Origin: Trichoplax adhaerens
Taxonomy: Eukaryota; Animalia; Placozoa
Assembly (NCBI RefSeq): GCF_000150275.1
Contig: NW_002060945.1
Coordinates: 4,017,397-4,081,396, forward strand
Direction: 5' to 3'
DNA: 64,000 nucleotides
The notes below the pieces were generated by a model. That model had not been told where the DNA came from, did no database searches, and was given only the letters and a program-made list of their open reading frames with translations. The translations under genes and the position numbers were made by a program. How positions within the stretch are numbered: position 1 is the stretch's first letter; the number at the start of each line of letters is the position of its first letter. This document shows, in pieces, positions 1-12,387 of this stretch.

Positions 1-3000
1 GATGAATTACATTCATTGATATCTATTTAATAGAAGTACGCGCATATCTAATTAATATTTACTGTATACTAATTAATCTCAAGGCTAATAATCTATTACA
101 ATCTAAAACTTTAATAAAGAACTACTGTACTGTTACTACTGTATGTATTAATAATGGCTACTTGTAAACTAACTAACTAACATCGTACATTCCATTTATA
201 CTTTAAATTGATAACAGTAAAGAAGTTCATAAATTAATTCTAAACTACTATTACTTGTGTAATTGATATTGCTTACTTGTTTGACACCTATTGCCAGTAA
301 ATCCATAAGAACACGAACAACTATATCCATGAATTCCAGCAAAACAAGTAGCACCATTTGAACACGGATTCGGTAAACAACTATTACTAGCATCTAAATA
401 TAGCATAAATTAATATTAGTATACGAGTATAAATAAGATACAAAACATAGTTTTACGCGTATTCAGCTTAGCACGTAAATTTGGATAATTATTTAATGTT
501 ATTATGAAAAAAGTTTTACTGACTTTGTTGGCAATACGAATTATTGTAGATGTAGCCTGGTGGACAATAACAATCGTATCTACCGATACCATCAATGCAG
601 GTAGAATTGTTCAAGCATGGAGAGGAACTACATTCATTAACATCTGTTATAGAATAAATCAAATAAAATCAATCCATACATTCTTTTCTATTATTTAAAA
701 CTCATAAAAGCTAAGATATCAATCTATTTCAAAGCTATGAAATCATGCACGACTACAGCATAATGAAAGTAAAATAATGTGGCTATGAGTGAAGTATGTT
801 GTAATTGTAGTAGTTATTACTTACTTATCTGACAAATATTGCCAGTAAATCCATGAGGACATGAACAATTATATCCACTCTGGGTTCCTTGTGAGCAAGT
901 ACCGCCATTTAAGCAAGGACTTGGCGAGCAACTATTGTTTAAAGCTGTAATATTTAACAGTTATTGACAATCACAATTAGTAATACAAATTATATAGAGG
1001 TAAAATCAAATTGCTATGACAAACTATGTGTAATAGAATTCTGTTTTGTTATGTGTTCTGTCCTATCTTACAATCGTTGCTAAGAAAGATATACCAAAGT
1101 ACAATCGTACAGTACAGTGTATGAAGTAGTTATAGTTTGGTGATACTGTATCACACATACAGTATAGCCATAGACGTATTTTACGAACTTACACCCGAGA
1201 CCACTAAAAGGAAAGAAAGAGGGACGTAAAGCGGCTACCAGTGAAAATTAACATGGAGGTCTATCATTCTTTAGGCCATTCTGCTATAGCTATGCCACTA
1301 GCTCATGTACAACCATCTAGTGGGCTTACTGTAGTACTTATGTCTGATTTCTAAGTATGAAAATAGACAGTACGTACACACTACGGTATACTAGACTGTT
1401 AGCTCAGCTATTATAGTCTAATACTGTACGCTAGACCACCTACCCCAGGCAACATTAACCAGTTCAATTAAAGACAGAGAAAAGAACGCACTAAGCACTT
1501 CTTCTTATTGCGTCTTATTAACTTAATAGTAATTATATTTATATTACTAGGGTAAGCTCGGTGCTGCAAGGTACGTTTCGTATATGGTAACGGAAAGTAA
1601 CTTTCCTGAAGAAACCAATTTTTGATAACTTTATTCCGCGATTGACGACAACTTTAACGTATTCGATCGATCACGGCCAAACGGAGAGTGGGACTGAAAA
1701 CTATTGCACACCTGCACAATCTGCATACAGTGTAGATGCTCCTCGTTGACTTTAAAACGGCGAGAGAACTTGAATAAACTTCTAAACTACTCAACTCTAT
1801 ACTGCAGTGAAGCACTGTCACCTGTCGTTGCTATTTTGTTTGTGCATGCTCAGTGCCTGATATTGCTTAAATATACTAAATTTTTATGTTCAGTTATTTG
1901 TGATATGCATGCAGTCAATGCAGGTAATGGACAATTGGACATTAGATATTAAACGTTTTGTGAGAAAAAGTAAAGCACATTACTTTAAAATTTGGGGGGA
2001 TAATACTCGACTACGCGGATTGTGTACACAAATGCCATATATTGTAGATATTTTTATGTTCAGTAATAGATTTAAACGTTTTGTGTATAATGCACGGCTA
2101 CATCTGCTTTCGTGGCTAGTAATCAGATAAAAGTGTGTGTATATAATATGTTCAGTCAAAGAAATTGTGGATTAGTGATACAATTGTACGCAGTAAAGTA
2201 AAAAAAACAAGTTTGTACAAGTACACTTATACACTCAGTACTCGGTATTCTAAGTAATTAGTCCAACAAGACGTCTGTGCTTGTTAAGAACGTAATAAAT
2301 CTAATGAACCATTGTGCGAATATCAAGGTTTAATAGTTAAACTATTACTGTATATTTTTGTAGTATTATTATCATATTTCGGAGTTGCAATGCAAGTAAA
2401 TACTGTAACTTTATCATTATCTTAACGTTTTTAGTGTACGTATAGTTTATCTTGAATAATGATGCCTAACATTTATATACACATAGCTAAATATTCTACA
2501 GTTGAAACTCTTTACCGATGTAATACAATGTGACTTACTAGTACACCGAACGCCGGCTATACCGTATCTAGAACATCCATTACTGATGCTTCCCCATCCA
2601 GAGCCGCGAGAGCAATCTGAAACTCTACTTTCATTTCCTCTACAATATAGATTGCTTAACCACATTAACGTGTAATTCTGATTTCCATAGTACGAGCAAC
2701 AGTAAGAGCGCGAGGCGTTAGGATAACCTAACTGACGACATACAACTTGTGCATCGTTTATATCAAAGGAATAGTGACATATCGAGCCCCAGGTTCCGTT
2801 ATGATAGATTTCGACATTGCCCTCATTCGGTCCAGCAGCGTTATACTGAGCCACTAATCTAACGCTACCATCAGCAATTGGTCCTATTACGTTGTATTAA
2901 CGTTAAAAATTGTTATACAAAATCATATAAGAATGGGTGTTTTCGAACTCGTTATCACTAATAATTAAAATAAAATATCTAATAGTACAATTAAAAGTTT

Positions 3001-6000
3001 ACTGCTTGAAAATAATATTATTGATATTACTGTAAGAGCTGTAATACGAGCATATCATAATAGCAACCTTCTTGACAGTTCGATCCATAGTATCCATCTG
3101 GACATAAACATACATAACTAGTATGTTGATCAATACATGTTGCATTGGCTGAACAAGGGTTAGAAGCGCATTCATTTACACCTAGACGATGTTATCAATC
3201 ACAAAAATAATTACTATTACAAAGAATACATTTTACGACACCGTAGCATTTCCTGAAATACTATACTACCTATCTTGTAGTGTAGTATTATATTCGTATC
3301 ATGAATTTCCATTAAAGTAGCTGTTACAATAAATATTACCAACTACGGTATTAGTTACAATCCAAAACTATCTCAACAATATTCAGCCATAAATCTAAAC
3401 AATAAACCAAAGAATACATAAACTACATTCTACTTACTCATTTGGCATTGCTGTCCGGTCCAACCGTATAGGCAACTACAATTATATCCGCCAGTAGAGT
3501 TACTGGTACATGTCCCATGAACACACGGATATGATGCGCAACTTCCAGCTGAAATTAATTTCAAACATTAAAAATTTAAATAGGGTAATTTCTAGTAAAT
3601 TTTGGTAAGAAAGTATATCCCGAAATAGTTCCGAAACAGTTTAAAAATAATGTATTCGATACAGTATAGGTATACAGGCCACAATAATAATATCTCTTCG
3701 GAGATATATGATATCGAGTTTTCCAATGATAAGGTTTCGTAACTGCGTCTGCATAAAATGCTCAATACTAGCTCGCTTCACTAAGATACGATCGTTCACA
3801 AGTATCTATCTGTATAATATATCGTCTCTTTAATTACCGAAATACCCGTAAAAGCTATTGATTTATCGCACCTTAACCCATAGTGCTTTACTAATACATT
3901 TCCTCTTCTGAATTACTATCTACCGTATACAATTATTTCGATATGTATGCGTATACGAGTATACCGTTTAATTCTATATTAATGTAAATTTATTATTTAA
4001 TATGCTACTAATTACCTATACATTGGACTCCCGCGTAAGTACTTCGCCCACACGAGCTTGTTACATTCCACCCAGAAGAAGGACAGTCTGTTAATTTACT
4101 TTCATTCCCAGAGCAGCCCACATTGGAGAGCCAAATATGTTTTACAGTACTGCCAAAATTTGAACAGCAATAACTGGATGATACATTACCATATCCTAAT
4201 TGCCTACAAGCAACAAGAGCGTCGTTTGTACTCCACGAATAATGACAAATTGCACCCCACATTCCATCATGATATATTTCTACATTTCCTCTATCAGGAC
4301 CGTAGTTGTATGCGCTATAAAGTCTGAGATCGCCATCATTTACAGGACCTATTCGGTAATAAAGGTATTATATATTTCCCTTTATAGATCACCATCATTG
4401 TTACACTATCATCGAGTAGCATCTACAGTAGCTTAGTTTTTGTTGTATGTTAGCAAGTATATAATATTATTAAACACTTTCTCACTGATTTCTAAATACG
4501 TACCTTTACTGCTCAATCTAACAATACGAAAATCTTTTATACATAGTAAAAAAGTGTGATTGATGATGTCGCCGATATCCGATATTATTCGAACAGATAG
4601 TACCGTAATATTTTGTGATTTATTTTATCTCAAACACTAAAAACTTACCTTGACTACAATTAGAGCCATAATAACCTTGTGGGCACTTACACGAGTAACC
4701 AAGAAATAGATCTATACAAGTAGCGTTACCAGAACATGGACTGGAGATACATTCGTTAATTTCTATTGGGAGAATCGGAGGTATTTATTCGATTAGTAAT
4801 TAAATAGTAATGTACAATCTTGTAAACATACTTTAATTATACAATTATACAAGTGATATCGGTAGATCTGGGTAGTACTTTAGCTTGATAAATATTCGTA
4901 GTATTTATTTTACCGTTTAGATCTTGCACTAACGAAGTTGCGTTATATTGAATTTTTATAATAATTTTATATTATATTTTAATGCAGTACGCGTACGTAG
5001 AGATGATGTGTAACAGATTATTGTGTTAATTTACCGATTTCGCAGTTTTGACCAGTCCATCCTGCCTCGCATGAACAGTTATAGTCTCCACCCATAGTCG
5101 TATTACTTACACAGGTACCGTGGACACAGGGAAATGAACCACAACTACCAACTATCGATAATCATAATTATAATTATAGATATATATATATCATGAACAT
5201 ACGAGAATATTATTAATTTTTAATAAACTTAAAATATGATTTCGGATTAATGTTATTCACTGTAAATGAATATTTTACGGCCATTCTGATATTGTTGGTA
5301 TTAATTAGCTATAAGTTGTGTTAAAACTGCGGTATTAGATCGTTCCTGTGGATGATATTTAATACTTGAGCTTTGACTTATTCAAGATACGAGTAGAGTC
5401 TACGCTCGTCATACTTTGCGTACCGTAAGTACTTACATATTTTACTTTGAACATACTGTTAGTATGATTTATAGCTCAAACGTGATTATACTAGTACTCG
5501 TAATTTCCACAATTCAAATAATATAATTAGCAAATAGTAGTATGTAGCAATGCTTACACGTAGGTACTGTACAACTAGGTAACTATAAACTGATTGACAC
5601 ATACAGTATTTTATCAACATTCTACAGTATATTGCTAGGCAGTTTACAATGAAACTGACTAATACGCGTATATCAGATTTTAAGCTGTATATTAGTTTTT
5701 CTAGTATTAAGTTCTCTAATAAGTAAATCTTTATATGTATACGAATATCTAATCGATATTACATTATAGACATGAATAATTGTNNNNNNNNNNNNNNNNN
5801 NNNNNNNNNNNNNNNNNNNNNNNNNNNNNNNNNATAAGTACCGCAGCAAGAATAGCCTGACGCATTTGTGTAACCTAATTGACGACAAGCGACTCTGGCT
5901 TCCTTCATGTTAAATCCGTAATAGCAAATAGAGCCCCATATATTATTGTGATAAACTTCTACTCTTCCCTTATTCGGAGTAGGACCATTTACTAGTCGAA

Positions 6001-9000
6001 TTGGTAACTGACTATTGGAACCTACGTATGAAAACGTTAAATCAGAAAATAAGATAATACTATACGAACATGCATAGCCAATGACGCGTATTTTAAAACA
6101 GCCTCGGACTGTATCACATACATAACAGCAATCGTGAAGAATATTATATTATATATCGTACAATAAGCTACGAGTATATATGCTATATATTATCTTACGT
6201 ACTTTCATAACAGAATGGTCCTACGTAGCCTGGTGCACAGTTACATTCGTATCTTCCAATAAGGTTACTACAAGTAGCATTACTTGCGCAAGGCGAAGAA
6301 CTACATTCGTCAATATCTATATTAATTAAATATTGAAATACTTATTTCATGATGCATGGTATTACAATATTAATATTCTATTAAAATGGCATAACACTAA
6401 AGTGTTAATTACACATAAAATATCTTTTATAATAATGTAATCAATACAACTGCTATAATTATCTATAATTAACATTATTGCAGATTTTTCAAGGAAAATC
6501 GTCAGAATAATAGTTTATATAAAGCATAGAATAATACGATGTTGAAGTAAGAAACTGACGATCTCGTATTGTAATTTCAGTATGAAGTAATCATACAGTT
6601 ACGCATATGTGTTGTATTATATAGTAAAAATATTGTCTATATTCTATAATAGACGATATTAATCCACTATTTGTACATTAATATTATTATTCTGCTGTAC
6701 GTCGTCTACCTGATTGACATTCATTCCCAGTGTATCCATTTATACAAGAGCAGTTATAACCGATTCCTGAAGAGCCTACCATGCAGGTACCACCGTTTAA
6801 GCATGGATTTGAATAACAATCGCTTCCTAATTTTAGTTACAAATAAATCAGCTAAAAATTACTCCTTAAGCATTTATTAGATCAATATTTATGCTATCAT
6901 CTTTCGAATACAAATTTCAGGAGCAACTACCATGATTTTGCTTAAAATACTAATACGAAAAATAGTTGTACACATTTACAATCTGATATTGTTTGTTAGC
7001 GTTTCCATTGAAAGCATTGAGTACTTACGGATATTACACTTTGTTCCTACGTAACCTGGGAAACAAGAACAGTTAAATGCACCAACTTGATCGTAACACG
7101 TTCCATTAACACATGGATTGGAGGCACATTGGTTAAAATCTGTTTCAAATTAATAGTAAACAGAAAATTGCAATATTATGGCACGTGGAAAAACTAGTCG
7201 TTATGATAAGTACTACGATTATTATACCGAAATAAATGACAGCACGAGCATAACGTACTGATGTAGTTACACAAGAAAAACAAAATTTATCAGTTTAATA
7301 CTATAATTTTTGATGCAATGAACTACATACTTGCACTATTGCTGCACGAAAAATTTAATAACTGTTATAAAAACTTTTATTAAGCTTGCTACAATTTATT
7401 GCATTATCTCACAATAAGTAACTAATGTAAATTTGCCATCATCACAACATTTATACCAAAAAGGTTAAATTTAGTAATAATAACGTATCAAATAGTAACA
7501 AATGCCGCAGCAAAGATAAAAATTAGATAGGTAATCTTATTGCTCAAACCTGTACAACTAACACCAGCTATACTGTATCTACCACATCCATTGGAGAAAT
7601 CTCCCCATCTGGAACCACGAGGGCAATCTAAAACTCTACTTTCATTACCACTGCAATTTAAATAACTTAACCATGTCAACTTATAATTGCTGTTCCCATA
7701 ATTCGAGCAGCAGGACGTATACGAAGCATTAGTATAGCCAAGCTGGCGGCATACAACTTGAGCATCCTTGATATTGAAGGAATTATGACATATTGCACCC
7801 CAAGTTCCGTTGTGATAGATTTCAACATTGCCTTCGTTCGGTCCGGCCGAATTATACTGAGCAACCAATCTAAGAGTACCATCTGTAACCGGTCCTATGG
7901 TCATGAAGTGAGAATTTTTAATTTAATTATCATGTGTTTGTGCTATTGCAGTAATGCACCAGTACATGAATATTTTGATCGATATATTTGATATACAGTA
8001 TTTGAGTTATTAATATTACCTATTATCATTTTAGCTAATATTACAAAATATTGACTGCCAATGTTATTCACTTATACAGTGTACTTACTAATATAGTCGA
8101 TTATCTAAGTATGGTAAATGGTCTAAGACATTGATGTACTGAGATACGAAGATGTCCAACACCTTGCAGTATCCCAACATTTGTTGAAGAGAAATCAGAT
8201 GTTGTGAAAATAGATTTGTACGGTAGGAATTGTTGATCCTCCGTTATAGAAAAAAACTAACTTAATGCCCCTATCGCTTCGCTGACGGAGATACTGAATT
8301 ATAGTTTTATTATAATGACATTCTATTGATGTGTGAGGTGTTATTATTAGGCTTCATTAGAGCTTTATTGCAGTAAATAGATCGAGCTGAATGTATTTGA
8401 AAATGGCAAGTAGAAGCTCTTGATTCGTTTGAGCTCCAGATAATTTATTTCTAGATTCTTGTAATAACTGCTTTATAAATTCTACTATTCCAATATACGG
8501 TGAGGTAATAAAATAATATCTTGATACGTTCAGTTTTCTACGAGAATTAGATTTCTATCAGATTAGATAGATTAGCTACATACATAAATCAAATTAATAT
8601 TTCATTTTAGAATTTTAAGAGCATTTGCTCTCATGTACGGTAGCTGGTGAGCCGCCTACTCATAGTTAGAACTTAGAAGTAACCTTTTACTGTTATAATA
8701 AATTAGTGTCCAAAAGTATCCATAGTTTGCTCAAGGTAATGAATTTAGCTCGAAGCCCTATGGTCTTTTGAAAACACTTCAAATATCTTTTCTTACCCTG
8801 ATCACAATTACTGCCGTACCAGCCTTCAGGACATAAACAGGCGTAAGATACATGTCGGTCAAGACATGTAGCATTGGCTACGCAAGGATTTGAAGCACAC
8901 TCATTAACACCTGTTTGCGAATTCAGAGTATAACAACTTGTAAGTCATATAAGTTACTGAATACACTTTGATTTATAGTCTATCGGTTCACACCCCTTTA

Positions 9001-12000
9001 GCTTAGAATACACTGATATTGCTTCCAAGAAGCAATATTATATTATTCAAATCAATTTTATAATCTATACTTTTGAATATACATACTTATATCACATTGC
9101 TGGCCCATCCAGCCATAGTGACAACTGCAGCTATATGAGCTTCCCATAGTATCATTACTATTACACGTTCCATGAGCACATGGAAATGATGAACAACCGC
9201 CAACTAAAACATAAGAAAATCTTATCAATACTCCAGTATTAATTCAACAATACGAAACTAATTATCTAAATCAGTTTATTGGTTTATTTATTATGGCATA
9301 AATTACGTTATAATTACTCAATTTCATACTGTACGAACCTGTACATTTAACTGATGCTTTATCATATCGCGAACATGTAGTAGTACCATTACTCCAACTA
9401 AAGTCAGAGCAGTTATAAATAGAGTTCTCGCTTCCGGTACAATTTAGATTATTTATCCAATATGTACCAAAACTATAACCATACTGACTACAACAGCCAG
9501 CGGATGATGCGTTATTATATCCTAATTGTGTACACACCACTCTAGCATCCTGTATATCCCATCCATAGTGGCATATGAAGCCCCAGCGGCCATCATGATA
9601 AACTTGCACATGTCCATCAGCTACATTAGGTCCATTAACCAGTCGAATGGCACCATCAGATACTGGACCTATTCGATATCATTGATATATTTATTAAATC
9701 TGTGCGATTAAATTTAAACTATATAAGCAACCATTTATTCGTAGATGCAATATTGTAAACTTCCAAGCTATTGAGACAAACCATTTAAGCAATTGTTGCC
9801 GTAATAGCCTTGAGGACATCGACAACTGTAACCCAAGTGTTGATCTACGCAAGTTGCATTTGCAGAACATGGATTCGATGCACATTCATTTATTCCTAAT
9901 TGTCAAATATATATATAAGTTGTAGAAGAATCAAACCGAAGTAAAGTTAACAATTAATATAATCAATAAACCTTTTACATAAATTTATGCTAACGTTATA
10001 TAAGTAAACATGACAAAGTAATTTCACATTGTAAAAATCCATCCATACTATGATAGCTTTAAATTTAAAGCCGATAATTTAACGAACGATAATGAGCTCG
10101 CTATGCTTAAGACGTTAGTAATTAAAGTTTTAAGTTAGCTTTATAATTATGGACAACCAGATCCAAATTACCGCTTTCGCATTGTTGTCCAGTCCAACCA
10201 CTGCTGCAAGTACAGTTATATCCATTATTAGCAGTACTTGAACAAGTTCCGAAATTGGCGCAAGGAAACGAGCCACAGGCCCCCACTAGATATTATAATT
10301 CGGATAATAAATATTAAGTTACATAAACTTTTAATATAAATATTGTAGTTGCGTCTAATAAACGGAATCCTTTACTCTCTGCTCCACCGTATGAGCACGT
10401 AAGCTAACTAAATAGGAAAATCATTGTTATTATATCTAGGCATCTTACCAGTACAAGCAATACCAATAGTTGAGTACCGATTACAACTGCTGTCATTTGC
10501 TATGGTGTATGAGCACTGGCTTAGGGAAATCTCATTACCAGTGCAGTTGATATTGCTCATATAAGATGGTGCCGGTTGAGGAGTGCCGAAAGAACCGCTA
10601 CAGCAATAGTAGGTGCTAACGTTGGTAAAACCGAGTGAACGACAAACAACTCTTGCAGCATTCCAATTAAAATTGTTGTGACAAATATTAATCCAACTGT
10701 AATTGCGATAAACTTCTACGCGACCAGAATACGACTGACCGTTAACCAAACGAATTGGTAAAGTTGAATTAATATCTAAAACAATATAGCGAACTAAGAG
10801 TTAAACTTTTATTCTTTCCAAAACTATTATAATATCTACAGCGTTAACTGCGATAACTATGTACAATAGATAAATGATCGTGTCAATCTTTAAAAATATA
10901 ATAACGTTTACTCTACGATTTTTATGCGAATTAAAATAGAGTATCAGTCTGATTTTAGATAAACTAAATGATATCATTACCATCAAATTACTTAAAACTA
11001 TTATGGTAGGTATCTTTCACCTATGTTGCAATTGCTTCCACCGAATCCCACTGGACAAGAGCATTCATAATGAAATCCATTACCAATACAGGTAGCATTA
11101 CTTGAACAAGGATTCGAATTACAAGTATTATTTGCCCCTGACAAGAAATGAAACGAAAATCATAGTTACTTTGAAATAGTGGCTAAAGCTATATTACTAC
11201 TTTCCATTTCTCTATACGCCGCACTTTACGAAGATACAGCATCTTAATTTAAAGCTGCATCACACAGCGCTTAATATAAGGTATAATATACTAGTATCAT
11301 CGCTATGACGTAACATTATATTTAGATAAACGTCAATAAAGCCAAAAAGTTTACAGTGTAGCGTATTCTACTATGCCAGCAATAAAACAGAAATACTCAT
11401 TGAAGGGAAATCTTTATGAACCTTACCTGAGGCAAGTGAAGATAATCCTAGAACTGATATCTGTATGAGCCAGGTAAAAAAGAAGTGAATTTAACTTTTA
11501 ATGCTCTTAAATATCTCAAAGTAACGCCTAAATTTCGGAAAGATAAGATCTGTAACAGTTTTACTATCTGAGTAATAGGTATGAGTATTATATGCATGAA
11601 ATAAGTATAAAAGATTGACTGTAAAATACGCTATTGTATGATATAACTAAATAACGTACACAATTTGGAATTAGAATCGATCGATAACTTTCTACGGAAG
11701 AGCATTTGTCAGATACCATAGTGATTTTTTGTTATAAATGTGCTGTTTAATACGTACAGTAAGTAAACCTATAGAAATTCTAACCATTATTAATGGTTAA
11801 GAATTTCGAGAGCTATTTTAGAAAACTTTCAATCAGACTTATCGAACGATTCCCTCTCAATTTAGACTTAGCCGAATAGAAAAGGGATTACCAGTGTCAA
11901 GGTTAATACAGATTCAATCATAGCGTGGTAATCTTAAGTGATTAATGTCCAAACCATCAAAAAATTAGTATTTGCTATATATATATACTCGTATGTAGAA

Positions 12001-12387
12001 ATAACCCGTTCACTCTACTGCTTTAATCAATTGCACGTAACGGGTACGTTCCTACGGTCTGCCTCTTGCAGTATTTATAATACGAATTCTCTTAACAAAT
12101 AAAAAGCACTTAAAGCTACTATATGGAAATAGATTTGCAGCAATAATCATCATCGGTGCTCATTGAATATTATATTCAAGTAAAATTTTACATGCAAGAT
12201 CGTCAGCTTTAGTCTGCCATAAATTTCAAAACAATCTACAATTATATCGTTTTCGACTTGAACAACTGTGTATAAAATAATACAACACGAACACATTACA
12301 TATTTATCCAATGCATCTTGCCAAACGACAAGATACTCGACTTACGGCGATTATCAAAATCAAGAAAATTTGCTGGTTGACCGCCAT
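1..12387 (-). CDS. Secreted/cell-surface SRCR + EGF multidomain protein, 5' part (24 exons in window; continues past the left edge)
   Basis: Exons in transcript order. Signal peptide: 12346-12387 ([14 protein letters not shown]) + 11427-11460 ([11 protein letters not shown]). Then EGF 11021-11137; SRCR 10449-10775; EGF 10172-10285, 9782-9895; SRCR 9339-9668; EGF 9087-9203, 8797-8910; SRCR 7550-7894; EGF 7029-7139, 6710-6826, 6203-6316; SRCR (cut by gap) 5834-6021; EGF 5035-5151, 4649-4762; SRCR 4016-4348; EGF 3438-3548, 3068-3181; SRCR 2539-2883; EGF 825-944, 524-643, 277-393, <1-22. All visible boundaries are AG/GT and the complete domain exons are phase 1-1. EGFs have six-Cys spacing; SRCRs show RLV..G..G.V.(V/I)Y....W..IC...A.V.C.(Q/S)LG(Y/F) and C.G.E motifs. 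Confidence 0.92.
5784..5833. other. Assembly gap (50 N) interrupting the fourth SRCR exon
   Basis: The SRCR frame reads ...[17 protein letters not shown] into the Ns. Sequence on the far side is intron-like, so the second half of the domain is missing. Confidence 0.97.

Noticed and set aside
8089-8554. Exon-like stretch in the intron between SRCR3 and the preceding EGF (possible SEA-like relic)
   Set aside because: Stops interrupt the frames examined and there is no convincing motif.
504-9885. Plus-strand and off-frame ORFs over the SRCR/EGF gene (e.g. 504-698, 4058-4327, 7758-7991, 9694-9885)
   Set aside because: They are antisense or alternate-frame shadows of real Cys-rich exons.
11448-11597. 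ATG at 11597 as the start of the SRCR gene
   Set aside because: It hits TAG and is out of frame with the signal-peptide segment. The 12346-12387 exon gives a clean solution.
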